Assembly (NCBI GenBank): GCA_041640595.1
Contig: JBEPZY010000001.1
Coordinates: forward strand, 288,001-352,000
From: Gemmatales bacterium
Lineage (GTDB): Bacteria; Planctomycetota; Planctomycetia; Gemmatales; HRBIN36
Direction of reading: 5' to 3'
DNA length: 64,000 bases
The notes beneath the pieces were generated by a model, which searched no databases, was not told the origin of the DNA, and saw only the letters and a list, made by a program, of their open reading frames with translations. This document shows positions 45,116-54,713 of the stretch, piece after piece. How positions within the stretch are numbered: position 1 is the stretch's first letter; every line of letters begins with the position of its first letter. The position numbers were made by a program, and so were the translations under genes.

Positions 45116-47296
45116 ATGAAGAAGGAACCTGTCTTGGGAATTGATTTTGGCACGACCTACAGCAGCATGGCGTGGTTTAATCCGCAGACGGGCCGGGCGG
45201 AAGTGCTCCGCAATGCAGAAGGAGAAGAAAAGACGCCATCGGTAGTTTATTATGGGGATAAGGAAGTAGTGGTGGGCAAGGTGGCAGAATACTACGTGGA
45301 GGATCCCCAGGCGTGCAAGCGGGTTCTTCGAGCAGTCAAACGACACTTGGCGGAGGACACCCGGTACGCGGTGGGTTCACGACAGGTTCGGCCGGTGCAA
45401 GCGGCGGCGGAGATTTTGCGGAAGCTGAAGCAGGATGCCGAAGGAGGACATTTTCGCCGGGAGGTGCAGCGGGTGGTGTTGACGCATCCTGCCGTTTTCG
45501 ACGAAGTGGAGAAGGAACGTCTGCGCGAAGCAGCACGGCTGGCCGGTTTTGCGGAGGTGGTGCTGCTGGAGGAACCGGTAGCGGCCGCGCTGGCTTATCT
45601 GGCAGCAGGTGTGGGGCCGGTTGAGCAGGGAATTCTCGTTTATGATCTGGGAGGGGGTACGTTTGATTTGACGCTGGTGGTGCCTGACGAGGGTCCTGCG
45701 GGTTTTCGTGTGGCGTTGCCGCCCAGGGGATCACGTATCGGCGGGGAAGATTTCGACCGTGCGATCTATGATGATTTCGACAATTTCGTGCGGCAGTATG
45801 GAGCTTCTCTTGGGAAAGACGGTTTGAACCTAGCGTTCTTGAAACGATGCCAGAAATATAAGGAGAATCTGTCCGTGGTGGAGGAGCCGGCAGCGCCCCT
45901 GGGATGGTTCTGGAGCGAAGGGCGCGAGTTGATAAGCCGGAGCATGACGCGCCGGGATTTCGAGCGATTAATCAATGCGCATGTTGAGGATACGGTGAAG
46001 CTAACCAGACAGTTGCTTCGAGAGGCAAACAAGAAGGGTCTGCAAGCTAAGCATGTGCTTTTGATCGGGGGGTCGTCGCGGATTCCTTTGATCCAGCGGC
46101 GTCTGAAAGAGGAATTGCAGACGGAGCCATTGGTTTGGGAGCAGCGGGATATTGCAGTGGCTCTGGGAGCAGCGATTTATGGGGCACGCTATGATCAGAA
46201 AACAAATTGCACAAATCCAGCTGCTATCCGGGAACATCGTCTCGATGAGAAAGGCCCATCCCTTGGGGAGTTAGTACAGCGTGCCAGGGACGGGGACGTA
46301 ATCATCATTCCGGCGGGGGACTGGTATCTGCGCCAGGGAGTAATCATAGACAAGCCGTTGGTGTTGCGAGGGGAGGGAAGAGAACATAGCCGGCTGAGGT
46401 CGGAAGCCGAGGGGTATGTGCTGTGTTTTCAGGGGACAGGTCCGTGGCGGTTGGAGGGGTTGACGGTGGAACATGTAGGCAAGAGATGGGCGCATGTGGT
46501 AAAGGTGGAAGGGGGGCAGATCGAGATACGGGATTGTGTCTGCCGGGGCGGGGTGTGGGACGAGTCGAACAGCAGAGGCGGTTTAGGGATATGGCTTCGA
46601 GGTGGCGCACGGGGTGTTATATCAGGGTGTATTTGTGGGCCGAACGGTCTGCATGGGATCGGGGTGAGTGGTCAGGCGCAGGCGCAATTGGAAGCCAACA
46701 CCTGTAACAACAACCAACAATGTGGTATTGTTTACTGTGAATCTGCCGAGGGCACGGCGCGGCAGAATATCTGCCGGCACAATGGCCTGCATGGCATCGG
46801 GGTTCAGGGACAGGCGCAGCCGCACCTGGAGGACAACACCTGCGAGAACAACCAGCAATGCGGCATTTTGTATTCAGATTCTGCCTGGGGCACGGCACGG
46901 TATAATGTCTGCCGGCAGAATGGCTATCATGGCATCGGGGTTCGGAGACACGCGCAGCCCAAATTGGAAAGCAACACCTGCGACTGCAACCAGCGATGCG
47001 GCATTATGTACCTTGAGTCCGCCAGGGGCGTGGCGTGGCACAATATCTGCCGCCAGAATGGCAATCATGGCATCGGGGTTCAGGGTCAGGCACAGCCGCA
47101 ATTGGAAAGCAACGCCTGCGAGAACAACCAGCAAGACGGAATTCGTTACTTCGACTTTGCCGGCGGGCATGCGCGGCAAAACACCTGTTCAGGCAATCGG
47201 CAGTATGGCATCTATGTAGCTTCCACGGCAAAGCCTGTGCTGGACGCCAATAACTGCTACGAAAACCTTAGCAGGAACATTTTTAACGAAGCGTAG
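45116..47296 (+). CDS. Hsp70 ATPase domain fused to a right-handed beta-helix
   Basis: GIDFGTT, EEPVAAA, DLGGGTFD, GGEDFD, GGSSRIP; then repeats N.C..N...GI. Confidence 0.88.
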   Translation: MKKEPVLGIDFGTTYSSMAWFNPQTGRAEVLRNAEGEEKTPSVVYYGDKEVVVGKVAEYYVEDPQACKRVLRAVKRHLAEDTRYAVGSRQVRPVQAAAEILRKLKQDAEGGHFRREVQRVVLTHPAVFDEVEKERLREAARLAGFAEVVLLEEPVAAALAYLAAGVGPVEQGILVYDLGGGTFDLTLVVPDEGPAGFRVALPPRGSRIGGEDFDRAIYDDFDNFVRQYGASLGKDGLNLAFLKRCQKYKENLSVVEEPAAPLGWFWSEGRELISRSMTRRDFERLINAHVEDTVKLTRQLLREANKKGLQAKHVLLIGGSSRIPLIQRRLKEELQTEPLVWEQRDIAVALGAAIYGARYDQKTNCTNPAAIREHRLDEKGPSLGELVQRARDGDVIIIPAGDWYLRQGVIIDKPLVLRGEGREHSRLRSEAEGYVLCFQGTGPWRLEGLTVEHVGKRWAHVVKVEGGQIEIRDCVCRGGVWDESNSRGGLGIWLRGGARGVISGCICGPNGLHGIGVSGQAQAQLEANTCNNNQQCGIVYCESAEGTARQNICRHNGLHGIGVQGQAQPHLEDNTCENNQQCGILYSDSAWGTARYNVCRQNGYHGIGVRRHAQPKLESNTCDCNQRCGIMYLESARGVAWHNICRQNGNHGIGVQGQAQPQLESNACENNQQDGIRYFDFAGGHARQNTCSGNRQYGIYVASTAKPVLDANNCYENLSRNIFNEA

Positions 47297-47413
47297 AACG
47301 GAGAACGGTGCGCTGATATTTGATAGCGCATGTGCCTGGAAAAACTAAGCTCGCAAAGCATCGAGCCCTGCGACGAGGATAACACTTAGTGTGATAAGTC
47401 AAAGGTGATAGAT

Positions 47414-49138
47414 ATGGATAGCTTCCAGAGCCAGCTAGAGAAATTGTTGCGGCGCAGCGCTGAGCAGTTGCGGCAGGTAAGATTGCCGGAGACCCTGGCG
47501 GATTATCCGGACCGTCTGGAAAGACTGGCAGAGCAGGTGTACCACCCCTGTACTCTGGCAGTTGTGGGCCGGGCCAAGGCCGGCAAGAGCACGTTCATCA
47601 ATGCTTTTCTGGAAGACGACCTGGCCAAAGTCGGCGTCACGGAAACGACGGCCACCCTCAACTTCTTTCGCTATGGAAATCCTCCGGACCCAGCACGTCC
47701 CATCCGCTGCTTCTGGCGCAATGGCCAGGATGAGTACGTCGATCGACAATTCCTGGACAGCCTGCAAGGACATGCTCCGGAAATCGTGCAGCGGGCTGCG
47801 CAAATTGATCATCTGGAATATCTCCTGCCCCATCCCAGTCTCAGGGAAGTGACGCTGGTGGATACTCCCGGCACCGAAGCGGCTGTGCTGGAACACCATG
47901 AACAGACCAAAGAGTTCCTCCAGTTGCGCCAGCAACACGCACAGGCCACGCGCCAGTGGGCCGAACGTGCCGATGCCGTGATTTATCTGGTTGGCCCTGT
48001 AGCCCGACTTACCGATCAGCAGTTGCTGGAGGAGTTTACTCAGGCGACCAGCGGGCAGGCACGGGCACTGAACGCCCTGGGAGTGCTGGCCAAAGTAGAT
48101 TTGCAACCGGAATTGCTACAGCGTCGCGAGCAATTGGCCGCCAAGATTGCTCAGCAACTGCGGGACAGTCTAAACACGGTGCTGCCTGTCTCCGCCGGTC
48201 TTCGCCGAGCTCTGGACCGGTTCCAGAAAGACAAGGACTCCTTCCGCAAGCTCCGCCAGCAACTCCAGCAGATTCCCGCCAAACTGCTGAGCAAACTCCT
48301 GGACAGTGAGGAACTTTACAAAAAGGATTATCCGGACTGTCCTGTGAGCGTTGCTGAGCGAATAGGTTTGCGCGGCGATATGCCTTGGGGCGTATTCACA
48401 ACCATCGCTCGTCTGGCCGCCGATGCCACCCTCACTGATGAAGAGGTATTGGAGAAGCTGGAGGAATGGTCTGGCTTTGGCCCCTTGAAAGAAGTGCTGG
48501 AGCAACACTTCTTCCGCCGCAGCAAGCTGCTGCGCTGCTTTAGCATTCTGCGCGAAGTCCGCACCTTGCTGGACGACCTGCGCTACAATTATCTGCCGCA
48601 ATTGCAAAAGAAAGACCAGCAGGACCAAGCCCTGTGCGAGCGTTACCAACTCCTGCTGCGCACCGTCCAGGAGCACGAGGCGGGCGATCTGGCAAGGCGA
48701 CTGCACTGGCCGGAGCGGGAAGTGCGCACGACGGTCAAAGAGTTAGTCGATCTCGTGAACCGCGTGATACCTACCGATCGGGCAGACCTCCTGAGCGCAC
48801 TGCTTCAGGACCTGGACCGGCAATTTAGCGAGCTATACCACAAACTGGAAGAGTACAACGCCGATTTTGAAGGTCTGCTGAAATTGGAAAAGAGACCTGA
48901 GTTCCTGACCGATGGAGAATGCGAGGAATTGCGCCGCTTGTTTGGCTTACACGGCTTAGACCCGGGTACCCGTCTGCCCCCAGATCTGCCGCCAGGGGAG
49001 AAACTGAGATACATACAAAGCCGCCAGGAATACTGGCGTGAAAGGCAGTGGCGGGGTCGGCAACCGGAACTCCAGCAGCTTGCAGAGCTGGCTGAACGGC
49101 GCTACGGCTGGTTGCTGGCCCAGGAGACAGCGCGCTGA
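47414..49138 (+). CDS. Second dynamin-like GTPase
   Basis: GRAKAGKST, DTPG, AKVD, PVSA; alternative GTG start at 47405. Confidence 0.85.
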   Translation: MDSFQSQLEKLLRRSAEQLRQVRLPETLADYPDRLERLAEQVYHPCTLAVVGRAKAGKSTFINAFLEDDLAKVGVTETTATLNFFRYGNPPDPARPIRCFWRNGQDEYVDRQFLDSLQGHAPEIVQRAAQIDHLEYLLPHPSLREVTLVDTPGTEAAVLEHHEQTKEFLQLRQQHAQATRQWAERADAVIYLVGPVARLTDQQLLEEFTQATSGQARALNALGVLAKVDLQPELLQRREQLAAKIAQQLRDSLNTVLPVSAGLRRALDRFQKDKDSFRKLRQQLQQIPAKLLSKLLDSEELYKKDYPDCPVSVAERIGLRGDMPWGVFTTIARLAADATLTDEEVLEKLEEWSGFGPLKEVLEQHFFRRSKLLRCFSILREVRTLLDDLRYNYLPQLQKKDQQDQALCERYQLLLRTVQEHEAGDLARRLHWPEREVRTTVKELVDLVNRVIPTDRADLLSALLQDLDRQFSELYHKLEEYNADFEGLLKLEKRPEFLTDGECEELRRLFGLHGLDPGTRLPPDLPPGEKLRYIQSRQEYWRERQWRGRQPELQQLAELAERRYGWLLAQETAR

Positions 49139-49774
49139 TGGCTCGGCACTGCCTGCTGCGAGCACTCTTCACTTGCAGTGCCAATAACTTCCAGGCCATC
49201 TAACATATCTCGGCGTTTGCTGCCGCAGGAACTCTTCACTTGCGTGGCCTGATTCTTTCCAGCGCACCGGACACCAGCCAACCAATGTTTCGAGCGGAAA
49301 ACCTGTGAGATTCCCCTGCCCAATTAGTTTTTTGCCACAGCTCCAGCGACCATCAGCAATAACCGTTGGCGGCAGAGACTCGCCGCGTAACTGTGGCATG
49401 GGCTGCGCAACTATACCAACTATCAGTGGCAAACATCGGCAACAGTGGCGGGCCTACCCAGTAGTTACCAGGCCGACCCGGTTGACACCGATAAGCATCG
49501 GCGGTGCTGGCAGACCACGTCGGCAACCAGCTTGGCCCGAAACACTCGCCTTTTCGCGGAAACGGGAAAAGCCGGCAGCTGATATGTTTGCATCGGCTAG
49601 CAACTCTTATGCAGCCTTTTGCAGAAACGCAGAGAAACTGGTGCACAACCTGGGAGTGATCAAGACGACCTGCAGCAAGCTAACCGCTCTAATAGTTTTG
49701 GCAACGGCTTCTAACCATATGCGAATCGTCGTGGCAACGAGCCTTGGCGGAACTGTCCAGGTTCGATTCGGACA

Positions 49775-49876
49775 CCGCAATTACACAAATCCGCTCCCGC
49801 AATTATATAAGTCGGCCGCCGCAATTACACAACTCTACCGCCGTGACTATATAGACTAGCCCTGGCAATTATATAT
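49775..49876. repeat. Five iteron-like motifs at 22-bp spacing
   Basis: CCGCAATTAYAYAA-like at 49775, 49797, 49819, 49841, 49863. Confidence 0.7.
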
Positions 49877-50280
49877 ACGATCCGCACCTACCTGCCGCAC
49901 ACATTATGGGATCCCGCTTCTTCTGGCAATCAGAAAAATATAAGAGCGGGACTAAAGTCAGCCAGCTAATTGCTTGTCCAGCACAGTACGGATTTGTGGA
50001 ACGGGACGGTGCAATTTCTGGAGGCCTCGATTATCGTCAAGCATGTAAAGCTCACCTGCCGGGTAATGGTTCAGATGCACCCTGCTGCATTTGCATCCTT
50101 GCAAGTCCACGCAATGAAACAGCAACTGGCGTGCCGTGACGCTGAACTTTATGAGCCTGCTAATTTCTAAGCGAAATAGCCCAGAAAATCAAGGCTGACG
50201 CTTATGCAATAAAAATGAAAATGGGCATGAGCGTGAGCAACGAGGTGTGCTTTTCATGGACCATCCGAATTTAGATACAT

Positions 50281-50344
50281 TGTTACTGGGCGGGGTAGTT
50301 ACTGCACGAGATAGTTGCTCGGCGGGATAGTTACTGGGCAGGAT
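50281..50344. repeat. 16-bp tandem repeat x4
   Basis: AGTTACTGGGCGGGAT-like at 50281, 50297, 50313, 50329. Confidence 0.75.
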
Positions 50345-50483
50345 AGGGCAATGCAATGTCTAAGATTGGTTTCGAAGACGCCATCGTTTAGTCATTGATT
50401 TTCCAGTAAATGCGGGCACAAACGCACCTTGTAATGCGGCAAGAAGTGTGTTATATTAACCGCTCCTAGCCAGAGGCGGTGAC

Positions 50484-50663
50484 ATGCGGACATTGAGGAA
50501 TTGGTTGCGGCAGGGGCGGATTCCTTATCGCAAGGTGGGCCGAGTCGTGCTCATCCCAAAGAAAGCTCTAGAGGACTGGGCCAATAGCCACACGCTTGAA
50601 AATGGGAGCCAGGCAAGGATGTTCTCTGGGGAGTCCGACGGGCATTCGAATAGCAAGCCGTGA
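50484..50663 (+). CDS. Excisionase-like winged HTH, possibly N-truncated
   Basis: 59 aa MRTLRNWLRQGRIPYRKVGRVVLIPKKALEDW...; below the ORF-track cutoff; upstream of the integrase. Confidence 0.7.
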   Translation: MRTLRNWLRQGRIPYRKVGRVVLIPKKALEDWANSHTLENGSQARMFSGESDGHSNSKP

Positions 50664-51075
50664 AAGGGTGACTTGAAGGTAGATGTGGCTCTTTTCAAGA
50701 AAGCCATTCAACTAGGAAAACAATGGTGCTGCAGGGAAGTGCCCGCAGCAGCATCTTATAAACCGGCCTGCGAGGTGAAGAGAATAGGTGGGTCGTGTTT
50801 GGCATACACCGGATGGGGGTATAAGTGCCGCGATATGGTATTAACATGGGAGTCTGGACAAGGTCGCGGTCGGGTTGAGCTGGCGTGTAGTCGGTAGTGC
50901 ATGGGCTGCGTAAGAACAGAGGGGATGTGACACAGGAATCAGTCTTTTGAGGATCAGGATATTTAGGCTTAGAGCTAAGTCGGCTTCAACGTAATGTCGC
51001 ATGGCCGAATGAAAAGGCCGGCTATTCGGGCAGTTGGTGAGAACTAAGTCAGCGGGCTGCAGTAAGGAGTCAAGT

Positions 51076-52545
51076 GTGGCGAGCTTGGTGCGGGAAAGAA
51101 AAGGTGGCTATCGGATAGACTGGCTGGACCAGGAAGGGAAGCGGCATAGTTTGCGGTTGGGTATTGGCAATCGCAAGCTGGCCGAGCAAGTGCTGGCCCA
51201 TGTTGAAACCCTCATTGCTGCCCGCGAGATGAATGTGTCGCTGGACCGGGCAACGCAACTCTGGCTAGCAAGCATCGGGCCGGAGTTGCGAGCTCGACTT
51301 GAACGAGCAGGGTTAGTTGATTCACTGCCGCGAATACCGACATTGGCCGAGTTTGTGCAAGGCTACCTGACCCGGCGCGAACAAGACCTGAAGCCCCGTA
51401 CACTGGACAAACTGCGCGACACGGCCAGGAAACTATGCGAGTTTTTCGGGGAAAATTGTCCGCTGGACAAAATTACTTCGGGTCGGGCTCAGGATTGGGT
51501 GTGCTGGCTGCGCGAACGTGGCTATGCCCCGTACACGATTTACAAGTTCCTCGTGAAAGCTCGTGGCATTTTGCAAGATGCTGTGCAGCGTGAGTTGCTT
51601 GTGAAAAACCCACTGGCGGGTGTCAAGGTGCAGGCAAAACCGGATGAATCCCGCCGAGTGTTCATTACCCGCCAGGAAATTGCTCGCCTGCTGGCCGTGC
51701 TACCGCCGGTGTGGCGTACGGTAGTTGGTCTGGCGCGGTATGCCGGCTTGCGTTGTCCCAGTGAGGTGATGAGTCTGAAGTGGCAGCACATCCGCTGGGA
51801 ATCGGGCCTGATTACCGTGCCGCAACCCAAGCTGGAACATTTGCCGGGCAAGGCCTACCGCGTGGTGCCGCTTTTCCCGGAGGTCCGGGCGATTCTTGAG
51901 GAGGCTCGGAAGTTAGCCCCGGCGGATTCGGAATATGTGGTCTGGGAAGCTCGGCTCCGGGAAAGTGTCGTTACGAGCCGGGGCTGGCAAAACTGCAACC
52001 TGCGGACGGCGTTGTATCGTTACCTGCGGCGTGCAGGGCTGCCCTGCTGGCCGAAGCCGTTTGTCAACATGCGAAGCTCCCGGCAAACTGAACTGGCAGA
52101 GTTTTTCCCGGAGCACGTGGTTGCCGCTTGGCTGGGCAATTCGCCAACAGTGGCCCGTGCACACTACCTGCAAGTTACGGACGCTCATTTTCGCCAGGCC
52201 CAGGAACGAATCACCGCTCTCGAAAGCGAAAGTGGGCACGGCGATAGCAAAGGAAGTAAGCTGACAATTCCGTTTTGCTACTTGCGGACCGAGAGTTTAC
52301 GGACGCAGGCACAGGAAGGTCAAGGACAGACTCACGCGGAAGTAACACCAGAAAACCGTGCAGCAAAATCCGCAGCAATGCCGCAGCAAAATCCGCAGCT
52401 GCAGGAGACGGCAGCCAGCAGCAAACAGCGGAAAAATTCTCAGCAAGTTGCGGCAGATTGGGACATTGCGCCGTCAGGTGCCGCCTGGTGCCTCTTCGCA
52501 CCGGCGATCGCACTACCCCCGGCAGGACTCGAACCTGCAACCTAG
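51076..52545 (+). CDS. Tyrosine recombinase/integrase
   Basis: YAGLRCPSE, NMRSSR, WLGNS...AHY; GTG start after AAGGAG; 3' end overlaps the tRNA/att. Confidence 0.92.
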   Translation: MASLVRERKGGYRIDWLDQEGKRHSLRLGIGNRKLAEQVLAHVETLIAAREMNVSLDRATQLWLASIGPELRARLERAGLVDSLPRIPTLAEFVQGYLTRREQDLKPRTLDKLRDTARKLCEFFGENCPLDKITSGRAQDWVCWLRERGYAPYTIYKFLVKARGILQDAVQRELLVKNPLAGVKVQAKPDESRRVFITRQEIARLLAVLPPVWRTVVGLARYAGLRCPSEVMSLKWQHIRWESGLITVPQPKLEHLPGKAYRVVPLFPEVRAILEEARKLAPADSEYVVWEARLRESVVTSRGWQNCNLRTALYRYLRRAGLPCWPKPFVNMRSSRQTELAEFFPEHVVAAWLGNSPTVARAHYLQVTDAHFRQAQERITALESESGHGDSKGSKLTIPFCYLRTESLRTQAQEGQGQTHAEVTPENRAAKSAAMPQQNPQLQETAASSKQRKNSQQVAADWDIAPSGAAWCLFAPAIALPPAGLEPAT

Positions 52546-52587
52546 GGATTAGAAATCCCTTGCTCTATCCAGTTGAGCTACGGGGGC
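52514..52587 (-). tRNA. tRNA-Arg (anticodon UCU), CCA not encoded
   Basis: GCCCCCG acceptor, TAGCTCAACTGGATAGAGCA D-arm, AGGGA-TT-TCT-AA-TCCCT anticodon arm, GCAGGTTCGAGTCCTGC T-arm. Confidence 0.96.
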
Positions 52588-53195
52588 AATGTGGATGCCT
52601 TCCATCGCGTAGTGCTTGCCCTCTGCGGAGCCCAGGCCGCCAAGACTCTCAGCCGGGACGATGTAGATGCTTCCCATCGCGTAGTACTTGCCGGCCGTCA
52701 GGCGCAAGTCAGCAAGACTCCCTGTCGAGAGGCAAATGCAGATGCATCCGGTCGGCTAATGATAAGCCCTCGCCAGGGGCAGGCCAGCAAGGCTCCCAGT
52801 CGGGGGCGGTGTAGATGTATCCGGTCGCCTAGTGCTTGTCTCCTGCCAAGCCAGCAAGACTCTCAGTCGAGAGGCAATGGAGATATATCCGGTTGCCTAA
52901 TGATAAGCCCTCGCCAGGGGCAGGCCAGCAAGGCTCCCAGTCGGGGGCGGTGTAGATGTATCCGGTCGCCTAGTGCTTGTCTCCTGCCAAGCCAGCAAGA
53001 CTCTCAGTCGAGAGGCAATGGAGATATATCCGGTTGCCTAATGATAAGCCCTCGCCAGGGGCAGGCCAGCAAGGCTCCCAGTCGGGGGCGGTATAGATGT
53101 ATCCGGTCGCCTGGTGCTTGTATCCTGCCAAGCCAAGTCAGGAAGACTGCCAGTCGAGAGGCAATGTAGATGCATCCGCTCGGCTAATGCTTGCT
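52588..53195. repeat. 141-bp tandem repeat x3 built of ~70-bp subunits, with degenerate subunits reaching the tRNA 5' end
   Basis: TAATGATAAGCCCTCGCC... at 52757, 52898, 53039; related CAAGACTC..GGCAATG.AGATG subunits upstream. Confidence 0.88.
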
Positions 53196-53570
53196 CCCGT
53201 TCTAAATCTTACGGAACCAATGCGTCGGAAAGTAGCCAGATGTTGGCTGATCCCATTGGGCACCGTTGCCTTGCATGGTGTCCCGATAGATGGAAAGAGG
53301 TGCCTCGAATCAGTTTCGCCAGCCTCAGGCGGAGTGAATCGTCTAGCCGGCCGGTGGCTATCATAACATTGGGCCTGATAGCGTGACCGACACGTGGTCG
53401 GTGAGCGGGACGGAATGGAGAGCTGGCTCGCCGCGGGTCGAGCATTTCAGCTGGCCGCTTCGTATCGAGAAGAACAGCGCGAGCCAGGCTGTCGGCTCCG
53501 AACAGTGACGACCGGCAGGGTGAAACGGGAAAGCAAGGAGGCGGGCCCAAACCGCCATCAGGGACTCGCA

Positions 53571-54503
53571 ATGCAAAAGCCACGGCGTGAAAACCGCTTG
53601 CCCCACCTGGAGACGTTTTGCCTGGCTGCGGAGTTAGGGAGTTTCACTGCCGCAGCGCGGGCAGTTGGCATTACCCAGGCCGCTGTCAGTCAAAGGATGC
53701 ACGCGCTGGAAAGGCGCTTGGGAGTGGCGTTGTTTCAGCGTCGGGCTGGGCGGTTACAACTGACCCAGCCCGGTGAAAAATTGTATGAATACGCACAACG
53801 GTTGCGGCGGCTGGAACAGGAGGCGGTAGCCCGCGTGACCGGCTGTCGTGCAGAACAGTCGGGCGGACTGCGAATCGGAACCAGCACTGTACCAGGCGAA
53901 CATCTTCTGCCGGAGATTCTGGCTCGGTTTCAGGGACGGTTTCCACAGATCCAGATGCGGGTACAGGTGACGAATACGCAACAGGTCTTGCAGCTGGTTG
54001 AGCGAGGCCAGGTAGATGTTGGCTTGGTTGGCGCACGCAGCGACAGCCCGCGGTTGGAATTTCGGGGTTTCGCTTGGGATCGCCTGGTGCTGGTGGTTTC
54101 ACCGCAACATCCGTTGGCGAGGCGTTCGGTGGTCAATTTGCGGGAACTGACCGGGCAGCGACTCATTGTTCGGGAACCGGGGTCTGGCTCGCGACAGTGT
54201 CTGGAGCAGGCCCTGCGTCGGGCAGGATTTTCTCTGGATGACTGGCAGTCAGTGATGGAATTGGGCAGTAACTTGGCAATCCAGGAGGCGGTACAACACG
54301 GTGTCGGGATCGCCATTCTCTCCCAATACGCAATTCGTGATTGGGTCGAATCCGGCCAGTTGGTTCAGGTTTGCATCGCTCGATGGCAAGCAGCACGGCG
54401 GTTTTACGCGGTGTGGCGACGCCATAAACCGCTACCGGTTTCTGCGCAATTGTTCCTCGACGTGCTCTTTTCCCATGGCCGTCCGAGTCGAATGGTTGTG
54501 TGA
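53571..54503 (+). CDS. LysR-family transcriptional regulator (CysL-like)
   Basis: GSFTAAA...TQAAVSQ..ALE..LGV.LF.R, REPGSGSR, ELGSN.AI. Confidence 0.92.
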   Translation: MQKPRRENRLPHLETFCLAAELGSFTAAARAVGITQAAVSQRMHALERRLGVALFQRRAGRLQLTQPGEKLYEYAQRLRRLEQEAVARVTGCRAEQSGGLRIGTSTVPGEHLLPEILARFQGRFPQIQMRVQVTNTQQVLQLVERGQVDVGLVGARSDSPRLEFRGFAWDRLVLVVSPQHPLARRSVVNLRELTGQRLIVREPGSGSRQCLEQALRRAGFSLDDWQSVMELGSNLAIQEAVQHGVGIAILSQYAIRDWVESGQLVQVCIARWQAARRFYAVWRRHKPLPVSAQLFLDVLFSHGRPSRMVV

Positions 54504-54538
54504 TTCGCCTGCTGCTGACGTAAACTGCTTTTCGGAGT

Positions 54539-54555
54539 CATAAGCGGCGTTTATG
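54539..54555. promoter_or_regulatory. Putative LysR binding box
   Basis: CATAA-N7-TTATG dyad (T-N11-A) between the LysR and desaturase genes. Confidence 0.4.
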
Positions 54556-54713
54556 CCGGGACGTCGGGCTATAAGCGTTGCCCCATATCGCGGAATTTCT
54601 GAACAGGCTAGCATCACAACGAAGGGCAAAGGAACTGTACGGCTCTATGAAAGACGGGCGGATTTCTCGCAGATGCTCTACCCGAATTCGGCAAAGGTGG
54701 GAGACTCAGGGGC

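Larger units (their letters stand above)
20112..52534. mobile_element. 32.4-kb genomic island integrated at tRNA-Arg(UCU)
   Basis: 23-bp direct repeats, tyrosine integrase next to the tRNA, Xis-like ORF, shared GCAGCAAAATCCGCAGC motifs near both ends, defence-type cargo. Confidence 0.9.

Noticed and set aside
49305..50170. ORFs between the dynamin gene and Xis
   Set aside because: No motifs or clear RBS; they overlap repeat tracts.
52573..53169. 198-aa ORF
   Set aside because: Translation of the 141-bp repeat, overlapping the tRNA.
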